A DNA stretch of 64,000 nucleotides from the human T2T-CHM13v2.0 reference genome, Homo sapiens. Shown piece after piece: positions 28,830 through 43,283 of this stretch. The translations under genes were made by a program, and so were the position numbers. The notes beneath the pieces are model-generated. The model did no database searches. It had not been told where the DNA came from and saw nothing but the letters and a program-made list of their open reading frames with translations. The stretch's first letter is position 1, and each line of letters begins with the position of its first letter. The DNA lies in assembly GCF_009914755.1 (NCBI RefSeq), contig NC_060947.1. One strand, written 5' to 3'.

Positions 28830-29034
28830 CTGTAGACATTACATATTCTCTGAGGAAAGGCATCCAGAAAAAGGCTCCCAGTGTGAGTATGTAAGGGGTG
28901 ATGCCAGGAAATATCTTGGAGAAGCCTGAGGCCTCTGTGGCAAAGTGGCCAAACCATCCATGGGCAAAGAGCCCATGAGGGTGGCAGACGAGGATGTAGT
29001 TGCGGCTGGGGCAGACGTCATGAGTCTTCAGAAG
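28830..29034 (-). CDS. AWAT2: AWAT2 coding exon 4 with HPHG active-site motif
   Basis: ccgcag acceptor, G|gtaagt donor; LLKTHDVCPSRNYILVCHPHGLFAHG...REYVMST. Confidence 0.95.
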
Positions 29035-29277
29035 CTGCGGAAGAAAGTAGAATCAGGAGGGCTATTCCCAGGGTAGAGAACTTCTCTTTTGGGCAGAGAT
29101 CTGAAAGGAAAAGGACTGCTAGGTCTAGCCATGCAGGTTGCCCAATGTGCAACTCCAGGGGGCGTCATTCTCAAGAGGCTCAATGTGGATGGCGCCCTCC
29201 ACCCCTAGCCTGACCCAACTGCTAGCACTGAAGTCGGGGCTGGACCTGGGCCTGAGTGGGGACCTGGGGCTACTGAC

Positions 29278-29348
29278 CTTGAGAGGGAAATAATCGCTGT
29301 AGTGTTTCCACAGGCGCCAGTGCCTCACACAGGTAAACCGGCGGCCGC
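29278..29348 (-). CDS. AWAT2: AWAT2 coding exon 3 (GRRFTCVRHWRLWKHYSDYFPLK)
   Basis: ttttcag acceptor, AAG|gtcagt donor; YFP motif. Confidence 0.95.
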
Positions 29349-29703
29349 CTGAAAACAGAGGCAATGCAGCCAAGCTTTGTCCATTCCCACTGTGGGCCTG
29401 CCCCAGGGTGCTCTCACCCCCTGCTGTTTCCTGGCCTCTTAAGTGGCAACCAAGGTGGGCATATCAGGGCAATTTAGGACAGGCCTAGCTTCTGCTTCAC
29501 TAGCTGCCCCTCCCCTAACCCACTCCAGTTCTGATCTGGGCCTTTCTACCACCTTAAAAGGACCCCTTCCCTCAGCCTCTCTAGCCCAGGGAGGGACAGG
29601 CTAAAGGGCTGTCTGGGAATTGGCCAGAGCCTCTCAGGATTGTGATGAGAGAAGGGGAAAGAGCATGTGGCATGTGGCAACACAGCACCAGCAGGATGCT
29701 TAC

Positions 29704-29814
29704 CTCGCTGAGGGGTCTTCCAGTCAAAAGCCAGCCAGGTAAGAATAAGCACAGTGACAGGCCAGTATGGTGTGAACACCACCAGGTAGAGGTTGACAGC
29801 AATCACAGTGGTTG
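29704..29814 (-). CDS. AWAT2: AWAT2 coding exon 2, transmembrane segment
   Basis: ctgcag acceptor, G|gtaagc donor; TTVIAVNLYLVVFTPYWPVTVLILTWLAFDWKTPQR. Confidence 0.95.
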
Positions 29815-31215
29815 CTGCAGGAAGCCCAGACCAGAGTTAATGAATTTCAAGCAGTCCCTCACACTTACCCTCTCTCCGGAGTTCTGTCCACCCCAAGGTC
29901 ACGTGCACTCTCTCTCACCCATACCCACTCAACACTCTCACTTCTTCACCCCAGCACCTGGCCCATCTGCCCATGTTCCCAGCCCCCTCTTCTATCTGGC
30001 CTTGGGAACCCGATTCAGGTCTAGAAGGGAAGGTGTCTTCTTCCCCAGCTGAGCTGAATTCACACTGTAAGCCCTCTCCTCTCTGGGCCCTGCTCCAGCA
30101 CTGCACTGGGCTCTGCCTGCAGTGTGGTCAATGGCAGTGAGCCAGCGGTGGGCCACCAGAGGTGGGGAATCCTGGAACAGTTTTCCTCCAATTCACGTCC
30201 TCCTCTCCAAATCTTCTCTCTGAGGCATTAGTTAAGGGAATACCAGGGAAAGCAAAGACCCATCTTCAGCCCAGTTGGGAGCACACCAGATGGCAAACAA
30301 AGAAAAATACAAACCAGAATAGAATAAGGTACTGGGCTGTATTAAGTTCCAGTAAGATAGGAACACTGTAGGTTAGCATGGTTAGGAAGAGTTACTAGAG
30401 ATGAGTCATAGGGAGCCACACTCAGAATTACTACTGGACTCAGTTTTTAAGGCAGCTGTAGTAAGATTATTTGGGAAAGTGGGTCAGTAAAAGGTTAGAA
30501 AAGACAGAGAACATTTCTAATTGAACATTGCAGATTGAACACAAGGTTTTGCCTTGACTTCTTGCTGGAGCTCCATGAAAATTATCATTAAAATGTTTTT
30601 TAAAGTGTAGATCCACAAGGAGAAAGAGAATTAATGAGATGCCAACAGCAGATAAGAGATATTAGCAAAACATTTCCATGTAGGAAAGCAGATGGAAGAG
30701 TGGGTAACTGACTTAGAACAAAAAAATTAAAATCTAGTTACCTGCAAGGGGGATGCCTACAAGATGTGAGCCTATTTGCACTGGAGGATCTAGGAAAGAC
30801 TCAGAATTTGGAGGCATCAGGTGCCACAAGAGGCAGGGATGAGGCACAGGGCTAGAAAAACTGGAGGATTGGTTGAAAGTCTGCCAAGGAATTAGAACCC
30901 CAGGTTCCCTCTCCTCCCCTACACAACTGGATGATGGGAGGATTGTTCCCCAAAAAATTGAACCAAACAGACTCTAGACTCAAATACTTACACTAGACAC
31001 AGCTAAGATATTATATATGCAGCCAAATTATTAATCAAGTATAGAAGTGGAATAAAGGTAATTTCAGATGCACACCGTCTCAGATAATTGGTCTCCCATG
31101 CTCCTGTCTCAGAAAACTACTGGAGAATGTGCTTCACCAAAATGAGGGAGTAAACCAAGAAAGAGGAAGGCATAGAATCCAGGAAAAAAAGGACCCAACA
31201 AAGGAGGGCAGCAAG

Positions 31216-31372
31216 CAGGGCCAGGGATAGGGAGAGGTGAGCAAGGTGCCCAGGGCACAACATTGAGCAAGACACTAACTCTCAGGTCATGCATGTACTG
31301 GCCCATCACTTGCACAGCCCTGAGAGTGAGCAGCTTCTTAAATTTTGCACCCAAGGTGTCTCAAGGGCCCTG
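31216..31372. mobile_element. Palindromic hAT MITE, MER91A-like
   Basis: CAGGGCC...GGCCCTG termini, internal inverted ACTCTCAGG / CCTGAGAGT. Confidence 0.7.
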
Positions 31373-31760
31373 GAGGTGACAGCTGTGCATGAGGCCAAAT
31401 TGTAACAGGAAGATACCAGGCTCCAGCAGCGATGTTCTAAAGGAAATAAAAGGATGGGGGGACTTAGATTCTTGTTGCATTTGCCCGTACTGAGAGATTG
31501 ACAGGTCTGCACAGATTCAGAGGGTGAATTCATGATAACTAATAGATTTCTAATAGATAATAAAAGAAATGTAAAATGAAGCAATTAACTACAATTCATT
31601 TCAGTTTACGGTATGAGTAAGGCTACAACTAGACTTTCTGAATGAAATGAATGATTTTTCTAATACTTTGTGGTAAGAAACCCACCCCCTATATGGCTTT
31701 AGGATGCTTCACTATGAAATGTTAAATTTGTGTGTCTGTTTCAAGACCACTGTACTCAAT

Positions 31761-32055
31761 TTTTTTTTTTTTTTGGACAGGGTCTCACTCTGTCACCTAG
31801 GTTGGAGTGCAGTGCCATGATCTCAGCTCACTGCAACTTCCGCCTCCCGGGTTCAAGCAGTTCTTGTGCCTCAACCTCCCCAGTAGCTAGGATTACAGGT
31901 GCACGCCACCATGCCTGGCTGATTTTTGTATCTTTAGCAGAGATGGGGTTTCACCATGTTGGCCAGGCTGGTCTCAAACTCCTGACCTCAAGTGATCCAC
32001 CCACCTCAGCCTCCCAAAGTGCTAGGATTATAGACGTGAGCCGCCGCCACCGACC
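31761..32055 (-). mobile_element. Alu
   Basis: Reverse Alu with TGTACTCAAT TSD on both sides. Confidence 0.9.
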
Positions 32056-33329
32056 TGTACTCAATAATTTTATCTGTGAATTCTAGAGTCTGTGAAGCTT
32101 TTTATGTAACAGTTTTCTACCCAATATTTAATAGGGAGCATTCACAACTGTGCTTCCTCTTTTCTAGTCTCAACGGTTTCTTTTTCCAGAAAAACTTTGA
32201 AATTATTTTGTCAAATTGCAATGATGATACTTCTAGGATTGGAATTAGGTATTTTTAATCCTTATGTTAAGTAGAAAAAGTTTTATTTCTATAAAATATT
32301 TAGTACTTAAGATTCAAAAATTGATTTTAAAATATTACACTAAAAAATAAAATAATAAAATAAAATGAGGCAATTATTAACTTCAGGGAAAACAGGAAAT
32401 TCCATGGGAAAGGAAATATAATCTTGGTGACTAAATAGCTCAATTATGAATCATATTTTCTAGTCATAGGCATTTAACCAAAACCTGTGCTATAACAATT
32501 TTGGGAGGATGGGGGAAGAGGAAGTTCTAGTGATAGTGTGCACAGCCAAATTCTCATCTTCCATATTAGGAAGTCAATAGACAATGTCTAAAATTGTTAC
32601 ATCAGCAAATAATAAGATTTAGAAATATGGAAGTAAATTCCAGAAGAAAGAACCAACAAAGTTGAAAAGCACTGCCTTGGGAAAGAGAATTAAGGGTAGA
32701 GCAAAGGCCAGCAGTTCTAGGGTTTTGATAAGTGCCATATGACACTACTGACTTCTTTGAGAAGTAAAGAGAGGCATTGGGTCTGATCCAGAGGACACCT
32801 CCCAGTTTCCTTTAGGCTCTGCTCAAACCTAGGCAGTGCTGGGGACATCTTGTAAGCGTGGCCTCAGGTGGGGTGCCCTGTGATGTGATGAATCTTGGAT
32901 CTGCCACTTACTGTGTGTGACCAAAGACGTTGCTGAACCTCAGTTCCTCATCTGCAAGATGGGAACTAAAATACCAATATCTGCACTATTTCCCTCACTT
33001 ATTGGGAGGGCCTTCTCTCAAGGCCTTTAGGGTCCGGATGGATTCAATTGCACTCCTAGAGTGAAGAGCTGAGAGGCCTCCGAAGGGCCATTGCCCCACT
33101 TGCCCTATGTGAGCTAGTGAGGAAGGGGCAAACGCCTGCAGCCCATATCTGCTGCCAGGACCGAGAGCTCTTCTGCCTGCCCTCTCTGTACCTCTTAGTA
33201 TACCCCGAAGTCAAACTCCAGTTAAGAGTCCTCTGAGTCCATTTTGTCCCTGGACTCATCCCCTTTCAGCCACTCTCCTCCTTAACCCTTCTCTGCCCCA
33301 CCTGCCCCCCTGCCAGCTCACACTGGGAC

Positions 33330-33920
33330 CTGATCCCTCAGTCTTGCTTCCTCCATTTCTCCCGTGCCCCACCCCCCATCTTCAAGTCCTATTCATTCTA
33401 CTCCAATTTCTTGAATCTCCCCTCTTCTTTCCTCTTCTCTGCATCACCATCACTACCGGCCTGGTCCAAATTACCGCCATCTGGATTATTGCAACAGCCT
33501 CCTACCTGGCATTACCCCTTCCACTTCTATCTTCCTATAATCAGTTGACTTCACAGAGCTAGAGTAATCTCTGATGCCATCACCCTGTGTCAGTCTCCCT
33601 CATGGCTCCACATGGCTCTCAAAAAAAGTCCAAACTCCTTCCCATGGTTTACAAAGCCCTACACAATCTGTCCCCTGCCTGTTTCTCCAGTCTCTTCCTT
33701 CTTCCCTCTCTTGTTTGTTCATTCATTCATTCAATAAATATATATCGAGCACCAATTCTGTGCTTCTCACCCTCCACCTCACTTAACCACTGGCAGCTCC
33801 TTGAATGCATTATGTGCCCTTTGCCATCCTAGCTTTTCCATGTGTTGCCCACTCTCTGCCCCAAATGCTCTTCCTTTCTTCACCTATTTCCTATTTGTCC
33901 TTCAAGGGTCAACTCAAATT
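33330..33920 (+). mobile_element. L2 LINE remnant(s)
   Basis: Pyrimidine-rich L2-like text (CTGGATTATTGCAACAGCCTCCTA, AAAGTCCAAACTCCTT) and CATTCATTCATTCAATAAATA; boundaries and orientation approximate. Confidence 0.55.
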
Positions 33921-35066
33921 CAAGAGAAAAATGGGCAGAGGTCATAAATGGGCAGTTAACAGAAAAAGAAATACTAATTGCTGATAAACATGAAAAGATG
34001 CTCAAACTCATCAGTAATTAAGGACGTTCAAAATGAGGCGACAGCTCATGGTTTCTTGCCTATCACTTCTGGGTGGAGGTAGTAAGGACTGTGGATGAGT
34101 TCTCCATTCACTTTCCCTCCCATGCTGTGGTAATCCCTCAAGCCCCATTTTGCAGCGACACAATTTGGTGGTGCCTCCGTCAGCCTGAATATCAATGTCC
34201 ACAGTGAGCGGTGACTCCCACCAACCTATGTTGGACATTCAGCATGAACAAGAAATAAACATTTGCTGGGTTAAGCCACTGAGATTTCAGGGTGAATTTA
34301 TCAGCACGGCATACCTAGACCATCCTGATTAATACACCCTGAATGCTCCCACTTTGCAAATGAGGAAAACAAGACTCAGAAAGGATAAATACCTTGCTAA
34401 GAATTACACAGATAGTAAGTAGTAGAACTGGAATTTGAAAACAGGTGAGGTGAGGTAAGGAATGCCCACCCTTCCTATTCACTGGCGTGCCTCTGTGCCA
34501 GCTCTGTGCACCAAGGCCTATCTGCATTCTTTATTCCTAGATAGCTTGCAAGGTCACTTAATTCATTTCCCTGACTCCAGCCAGTACTCACCTGAACCAC
34601 TGGAAAGGCAAGAATGTTTTCCAGGACCCCTTCCCACAGTGATGATTTGTTTCAGCATTTAGAACACAGTGGCCAGCATAGAAATAACTTTCACAAAGTG
34701 TTTGTAGTGTGAGCGTTGGAAGACATGGATGGATAAATGGTCGAATTCCTCAGGATGAGGTTTCCAGAGCCTCGGTCTGCCACCTGACCCAACTGTCTCT
34801 AATTGGTGGTTTGCTTGAGTCCCTGTGATTGCAGCCAAGCCCTTTTCCTTGGCTAGCCTCAGTGGAACTGCTCCTCATCTTCCCAAAGAATGCCCTCTAC
34901 ACCCCAATGTAGACCGAGAAGGGCTCACACCTGCAGCAAAGTCCATGTGCATAGACGTGCATATACACACCCCTGCATAGGCACACACCCATATGCACAC
35001 ACACATGCCCACAGGGACACTCACAGATCCCACAAATACCATGGCCAGGTGGGTCAGGCCAGAGGC

Positions 35067-35178
35067 TGGTGTTACCAACCTTCCTGGTTTTACTGGAACA
35101 ACCCTAGTTTGACCATTGAACATCCTGCAACCCTAAAATCCTTCAGTCTCAGGCAAGCCAGGATGGTTGGTCACCCTA
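35067..35178. mobile_element. MER81-like hAT-Blackjack MITE in AWAT2 intron 1
   Basis: Terminus GGATGGTTGGTCACCCTA with degenerate inverted partner TGGTGTTACCAACCTTCC. Confidence 0.7.
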
Positions 35179-35197
35179 CCAAAGGCTGAAGACTCAC

Positions 35198-35282
35198 TGA
35201 TAAGCAAGGCACTGAAGGACCACTGGAAAACAGCAAAGACATCCAGGGCAGTCTTGAGGTCCTTCTTAGAGGGCAAGAGCAT
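35198..35282 (-). CDS. AWAT2: AWAT2 coding exon 1 (MLLPSKKDLKTALDVFAVFQWSFSALLI)
   Basis: ATG at 35282-35280, A|gtgagt donor; exons 85+111+71+205+175+200+155 = 1002 nt open frame. Confidence 0.94.
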
Positions 35283-36202
35283 TGTGCCCAGCGTCCCAGT
35301 GGCTCCAGGTAAGCACTGTTCAGCTGCCCAGCCCTGATTGCTCAGGAGTCTGTGATGTTTCCTCTCTTAATGTTTTCTTCCCCAGCCTCTGGCTAGCCTC
35401 CGCCCCTGTACCACCCCTCCACAGAATTACAGGACCATATAATGCCTCTGCTTATCCAGTTCCTTCCAGCTGCCCACTCACCTGTACTTTTACCCACTTG
35501 GGTATTGCCTGGACTGAGATTGTGACACTCCTTTGCGCACTTGGCTAGAGAAATGTGATGAAACCCTGGTGTGAAAGTTAGTGTGGGCGTGCAGCTGACA
35601 AGAGGCCTCCAGGGCCAGTCTGGATGGTGGAGAGTGATGGGCAGGAAGGAGCCCAGGGCTCAAATGGGACACAGGGCTTGCATTTCTGTTTCTGAGGCCC
35701 AACTGTCTATGGTCTCTCAGTGACAATGGGATTGGAGGGCAGAGGGAAGGAGGTCACAGGCAAGGCCTTAGAAATACCTTCAGCCTTTTAGTCAGTCTGG
35801 GAGAACTCATTACTCACATTGAAGAGACATCACATGTATGTCTGTGAGCTATCATAGGTACTGAATAAACCTATTATTGAATGAAGAAACAAATATTGGT
35901 GTATATTATTCTGTGTACATGAAATTTTAGAATAGGCAAAACCAATCTATAGTGAAACAAATCACAGCAGTGGTTACCTGTGCTTGGGGATTGACTAGGA
36001 AGGGGCATGATGGAAACCTTTAGGGGTAACAGTGACGTTCTCTGTCTTGATAGGACTGTGAGTTACACAGATCAAAACCTCATTACTCAGTGAGTATACA
36101 CTTAAAATGTGTACGTTTCACTGCCTGTGGATTTTACCTCGAAAGTAAAAAAAAAAGTTGAACTCTCATTAATTCTGAAGTGTTTAGGGGTGAAGAATAC
36201 TA

Positions 36203-36370
36203 GGCTGGGCATGGTAGCTCACACCTGTAATCCCAGCACTTTGGGAGGCCAAGGCAGGAGGATCACTTGAGGCCAGGAATTAGAGATTACAGTGAGCTAT
36301 GACCGTGCCACTGCACTCCAGCCTGGATGACAGAGTGAGACACTGTCTCTAAAAAAACAAAACAAAAAAG
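36203..36370 (+). mobile_element. Monomeric Alu (FRAM/FAM-like)
   Basis: Single arm with A-rich tail. Confidence 0.75.
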
Positions 36371-36479
36371 AGTGCTGATGTCTGCAATTTACTTTGAAAT
36401 GCATGTAAAATATATTGATGGATGGATACAGGGATGTACTGATGGATAAATATGTAATAAATCAAACAAAGATTGATTT

Positions 36480-36620
36480 ATTAAATCTAGTAAAATATAT
36501 AAATATTTTATATTTTTAATATTTTAATATTTTTTATATTTTAATATATTTTTATATATTAATATTTATATATAATATATTAAATATATTTTTATATTTT
36601 AATATTTTATATTTTATATT
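36480..36620. repeat. AT-only low-complexity tract
   Basis: Degenerate (TATTTT/TAATA)n. Confidence 0.85.
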
Positions 36621-36753
36621 TCTGTACAGATAACATAAAATATTATCTGTACAATCTAGGTGGTGGGTATTCACTGTACAATTCTTTCAACTACTCGGTA
36701 GGTTTGAATTTTTTTATAATAGAATTTTGAAAAAAGAGTTCCCTCAAGGTCAT

Positions 36754-37403
<650 letters not shown>

Positions 37404-37522
37404 TCAACACATATTTATATATGCACATTAGTAGGTGGCACCTCCAAGTCTGTGTGTGATGGGAGATATGCGAGTGTGAAAGATACCAAGTCCAGCCAGG
37501 TGTGTCCTATGGGCCAAATACA

Positions 37523-37564
37523 TGGAAGGGTGGAAGACTGGAAGGGTGGAAGACTGGAAGGGTG
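37523..37564 (+). repeat. 16-bp tandem repeat (TGGAAGGGTGGAAGAC) x2.6
   Basis: Perfect direct copies. Confidence 0.9.
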
Positions 37565-39571
37565 TCTTAACACAACATCTAATTATTATGAGGACATAAT
37601 ATATGCCAGGCACTCTTCTGGGCAGCAAAACAAACTAAAAAAAAATCATGCTTTTGTGAAGTTTATATTCTGGTGGAGGAAGACAAATGATAGAAATTAA
37701 TTAATTAACTAATTCTATAGTGCATTCTAAGGTGATAAAACCTACGGGGAAAAAACATTTGAGCAGAGTAAGAAGAACGCAGAGTGCTGGGAGGTGGGAA
37801 GGGATCAGGCAGGGAGAGCAGGCTTTACAATTTTAAAAGGAGTGATCAGGGAAGGCCACGCTGAGAAGGTGGCATTTGAGCAAAGGCTTGAAGGAGATGA
37901 GGAAGCAAGCAGTGTGGCAATTTGGATTGAGAATGTTCTAGGCAATAGAAACAGTAAGGGCACACAATCCCTGGAATAAGGTGTCCCTGGCAGGTCACGA
38001 GGAGCAGCAAGAAGGCTTGAATCAAGTGAATGAGAAGAACTGAGTAGGTGAGGGCAGAGAGCAGAGAGCCTGGCAAAGACCTTCTACTCTGACCGAAATG
38101 GAGAGCCCCTGTAGGGCTTTGAGCAGAGAAGAGCCAGAATGACTTAAGTTGCTAAAGGGTAGGGAAGAAGGAGGAGACCTTTGAGGGGCTATGACAATAA
38201 TCCCCTGTGAGAGATAACAGTGCCTCACACCAGGCTGGGTGGCAGTGGAGATGGAGAGAAGTAGTTGGATTCTCCGTGAACACAGAATTCCACAAAAGAC
38301 CGTTTGGCAGAAGGGTTGGAGTTGGGGGTGAGGCAGAGGAAGAACATTCTGTATGGCCCTGTGGGAAGGATCTGCACTTCCCTGCCAAGGAGAAGCCACC
38401 TCAGCACAGCTGGGCTTGGGCTGTGGGCCAAGTGCATGGAGTCCCAGGACACTTCCAGGGGCCAGCACCCAAGCAGCGAGTGAAGACCGCAGCAGCCTGA
38501 AAAGAGAGGAAGAGCTGCCTACCAAAGAAGAAAGCCTGGGGCTGAAAGGCCACTTCACTCCCTCCACTGAGACACTCCTGAGACAGGCCTCATTCGTATC
38601 AAGCCTGGCCTTGCGGAACTGTGTTGTCCCCACCTCTTCACACATCTGTCCCCTGCCCCTGATGCCTCACTCTCCCGTCTTGGTCTGGGAGCTCTCAGGG
38701 GCAGGAATTGGGTGGTTCTGGGTCTGACTGTTCTCACGTGCCCAGCCCCTAACACAGGCCACACAGTAGCCACTCACTGACAATTGTTATGAAGATGCCT
38801 GAGTGGATGGAGGCCTGGCCCGTATGGCACTGGGCAAGTCTCTGAGGCTTGGTTTCCTCACTTCTAAATAGGAGATAACTAGTGGTCACTCAGACATGTG
38901 AGAATCCAGAGAAGTAACAGATGGCCGATCACTTTGTGAACCGTGAAATGGTGTCCAAACATAGGTTGCCACCATTGCTGCCATTGAGAGAAGGGGTGGG
39001 AAGGATACAGTGGGGCACTGAGAAGTGAAGGCCCAGAGCTAAACTGAATTTGTCCCAGAATGGGCTTCCCTCCAACAGCGTCGCTGTGGAGAAAGAATGG
39101 CAGAAATTCTGGAGCAGAAGCCATGGCAGTGTGAACGTTTTGGACATTTTGGAAGCCCTGCCTTCTCGTCCACAGAAAGAAGGCCGTGTACCTAGCTGAT
39201 GCATCTGCATGCATCCCCTCATCCTAATACCAAACAGAGAAGTGGTCAAGATTGTGTGGGTGCTTCCAGTCCTCAGTCTTATCCCCCTCCACCATCTCTC
39301 CACTCTATCCTTACAACATGCCTGGACTTTCTGAGGCTCACAGATGGTCAGAGCTGGAAAGGTTCTTGGAGTTTTCCATTAATAATAATTCCAAGCAACT
39401 CAGGGGAAGACTCTCCATAGCTTTCATTGAGCCCCCTGCCAGTGAAATATTTCTTCATGCTCTCAGACCCAGGCTCAAACCCCACTGGTCCTACTCTCTA
39501 GGCTCCTGGAAACAGATGAAAAATAAAGCCAGTCATTCTTCCTTTACATAGCAGTTTTTACTCTGCCCAGG

Positions 39572-39778
39572 TAGAGTTGTCGGATAAAATAACAGGATGC
39601 CAGTTAAATTGGAATTTCAGATAAACCATGAACAATGTTTGAGTGTAATATTTGGGACATACTTACACTAAAACATTATTGCATGGGACATACTTCTACT
39701 CAAATATTATTTGTTGTCCATCTGAAACTCAAATTTAACCAGGTTCTGTACTTTTATTTGCTAAATCTGGCAACCCTA
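39572..39778. mobile_element. MER53-like palindromic hAT MITE
   Basis: TAGAGTTGTC / TGGCAACCCTA termini; internal inverted GTTAAATTGGAATTTCAGAT / ATCTGAAACTCAAATTTAAC. Confidence 0.82.
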
Positions 39779-40586
39779 GGATCAGACCAGGATCATGTGG
39801 TCAAAGCAGTTGGCACACCCTGGCAGCCACAGCCAGGCCTTGTCTGGCACATCCAGATAGCAGACCCCATTCAGTGGCTCACGAAGTCTGAATGTCACCC
39901 CCAGTTTCTCAGCTGCCCCAGAAATCAGGCTAGCCTCCATCCCCTGCACTTAACGGCTTACTCAGATTCTTCCAGCAGAGTCCCCACTGTGCTGAGGGAT
40001 ATTTCCTGCATGCCCGGCACCCACTGCCAGCCCACCCATCTCTTCTGAAGGGAGGTGGCCTGCTGGTCAGCGATTTTATGTATTCTGGCTCAAGTTCCAG
40101 TTCTCGCTTTCTCTCATTTAGCAAACTAAGAATGATCAGGGGATGAGAGCCTGCCTAATAAACCAAAGCAGGACATTAGTGATGGAAGGCAAAAAAAAAA
40201 TCAAGCATGATAGTTTGAAAGTGCCAGAGTGGGCCTCTTCTGACTCAGAGGATTGGAGATGGTCACTGTCCTCTGCTCTGGTGGGTAACATGTACCTTTC
40301 CTGTTTCCAAAGGACTCCTGGGATTGGCAGCTTTCACATGGCCACTTTTTCCCAAACATTGACATTCACCTCCAACCTCATGCCACTGGCGACAGTAACA
40401 AGTCTCAAACTCTCCCAGGAATGCTTATATAATCCTTCAGCAGATGTGGAAAGGGAACAGAAGAAGCTTCTGTGTGTACATGGACCATTGCTGAGGAGGG
40501 ACAGAGGGAGAAAAGAGGCTAGAACGCTAATCAAGAGCAAGACTAGGAATCTCTCTTCCAAAGGTCAGCTTCAATTTTGTATGTAG

Positions 40587-40868
<282 letters not shown>

Positions 40869-41041
40869 TGTAGTTGTTTCTTTTTAATCTGTCTTCTCCT
40901 ACTTGGCTGTATGCTCCTTGAGATTAGGAGTCTCTATTTGTTCATTGTTACATCCTAAGTGCCTAGAACAGTGCCTGGAACATTGCAGGGCTGATAAATG
41001 GTGGCTGAATGACTGATTGAATGAATGAGCAAAGGGGGTTG

Positions 41042-41075
41042 GCGTAGGAGGAGGATCAGCGTAGGAGGAGGGTCA
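41042..41075 (+). repeat. 17-bp tandem duplication GCGTAGGAGGAGG(A/G)TCA
   Basis: Two adjacent copies, one mismatch. Confidence 0.85.
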
Positions 41076-43283
41076 GGAACAAGGTTAAAGCAGCACAGAA
41101 ACCAGGCCTGAACAGAGCAGGAAGCTCATGTGGCCCCAGAGCCTTAAAGGACAGGTGGGAGGATGAAGAAAGAGTAAATCCACAGTGATCTACTCAAAAG
41201 CCTTCAGTGAGGTTGCCTCCTTGTTGCCCAGTCTGCTGTATCGCCTGACTCACACTCCAACACCTACAATCCGGTGATATAATCCTTCATAGGCAAGTTC
41301 TAGGAAGACAGTTATTCTCTAGATGCCCAGGAACTGTAAGCCCAGGACAAGATGGGATGATTTCCTCACATCCTCTCTCTTTAGACTGAAATAACACCAT
41401 GTGCTATTGTGTCTAGTTAGGAGAACTTGGTTATATTGTCTTATGTTTGACAATTTCTCAACAGCCCTTGAGCTCACTGGAAACTTCCCTCTGATGTAGG
41501 CTAGAAACTCAATCCAGACAGACACTTAGGGACCATTAAGCTCTGAACTAATGAGGGTCCTGATTACCATGGAAACTGCCATCTCTGGTTACCTGTGAAG
41601 GGGAGAAGAAATAAGGGTAAAAGGGTGGATGTGGGGATACAGAATGGGGAACAGGAGTTGGGAGGTAGGGACTGAGGTATGGTAGAGTGAAGAAACTGCA
41701 ATTTATTCCTGGCCTCTGGTGCCAGGCACTGAGCACTGCATTTCACATGCATTTGATCATCACACCCCCCGGGAAGTTACGCACTCATTCTCTTCTCCAC
41801 CCACCTCGCTGACTGGCAAAGCATAACCATTAATTAACAAGATGGCCTATCACCATTCCTAGTGCTTATTATTGGAAGAGGTAACCTTGAACTCCCTGCC
41901 ATCTAATCCTCATCAAAAGCCACTTGTGAGAAATGATATTCATAGAGAGATGCTTGAAGAGCAGGCAGCTCATCTATTGCTGGAGACACGTGACTTTAAA
42001 AGGCAAGGCCTGTGCTTCGGAAGTTGGATCATAATCTCCAGATGGGAAAGTGTGTGTTGGGGGAGTAGGCTTCAGTTCAGAGCTGGAAAAGGCACATTCG
42101 ATATTATAATAACTATGGTTTCCTTAACACAAACTACAGACAGGAAAGCTCAACATTTGCAAAGCTGGTTTTTCTGCACTTCAGGCCACAAAAACAAACC
42201 CACACAATGGGATTTGACATTCAGAGGGACCTGTCATTCCTTCTGCAGAATCTGAAAAAGCTATCTTGATTGCAGCAAACAAGCAGACTCTACATGACCA
42301 TTGCTATCACACTATCAAAGTCCAAAAGATGTCTCTTTCAGGATCAGCATAATGGTTTTCTAAAATTATAATTGCTTTGATTCATTTTAAGTCACAGTAT
42401 TTAATTTCTTTGAAACATGCAAATGCCAGTAAGGGAGAGTGTGAAATAGTTCCATTTATTTCAAATAAGATAGGAGAAGATAGAATAGACATCCTTTGCC
42501 CTATTCCTCTTGCTATTACAACTAAAAACTCTGGATATCATATACAAAACAAACACAAGACTCCAAAAAGTGGAAAGAAGGCAGACCACATAGGGTCTTC
42601 AGGACAGGAGGAATGACATGAATTTTCTTTTTGATTCATATATCTTAGACTTGAAGTTAAAGAAGCCAACAACCAAAAATACACTAACAGCCATAGACAA
42701 AAAGAGTCCCTATAAAAGCCTGTTTTCTCCAGCCAAGGGATTAGGAATGAATTAGCCTAGCAAGACAGAAAAGTTTTAGACAATAATCACTCTATGCCAG
42801 CCATAACCAGAGAAAAAAACAACTGTGGCCCCACCCCCACCAGCAAAGACTGAGTGGGGAGACTAGACTTCCAATAATGATCAAAGGATGGATATACCAA
42901 GAAGATACAAAGATCCTAAAATGTGTAGGATTTGCAACAGAGGTGCAAAATATGAAAAGCTAAGCCTGATAGAGCTGAAAGGAGAAATAGAAAAGGCTAC
43001 AATTACAGTCAGAGACTTCAAAACTCCTCTCTCAACAATAAACATAAGAATTAGACAGAAAATCAGCAAGATATAAAAGAATTGAACAACATCATGAACC
43101 ACTGGGATCTAAACAACATTTTTAGAGCACTCCACCCAACAGGAGCAAAACATGAATTCTTTAAAGTGCCCATGGAACATATATTAAGATAGGCCATACT
43201 CTGGGCCATAAACTAAACAAACCCTAACAAATTTAAATGAATTGAAATCATATACAAATGTGTTCTCTAACCACAAAGGAATC

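Noticed and set aside
38022-38727. 207-aa and 124-aa ORFs upstream of AWAT2
   Set aside because: Largely overlap L2-like sequence; no recognisable domain or ATG-led gene structure.
40290-40440. Exon-like minus-strand segment with AG/GT-like ends
   Set aside because: Stops in all frames examined and no similarity I recognise to AWAT/DGAT2 or other proteins.
41872-42255. 127-aa ORF in unique-looking sequence
   Set aside because: Non-ATG start and no recognisable motif; would need PhyloCSF or Ribo-seq support.
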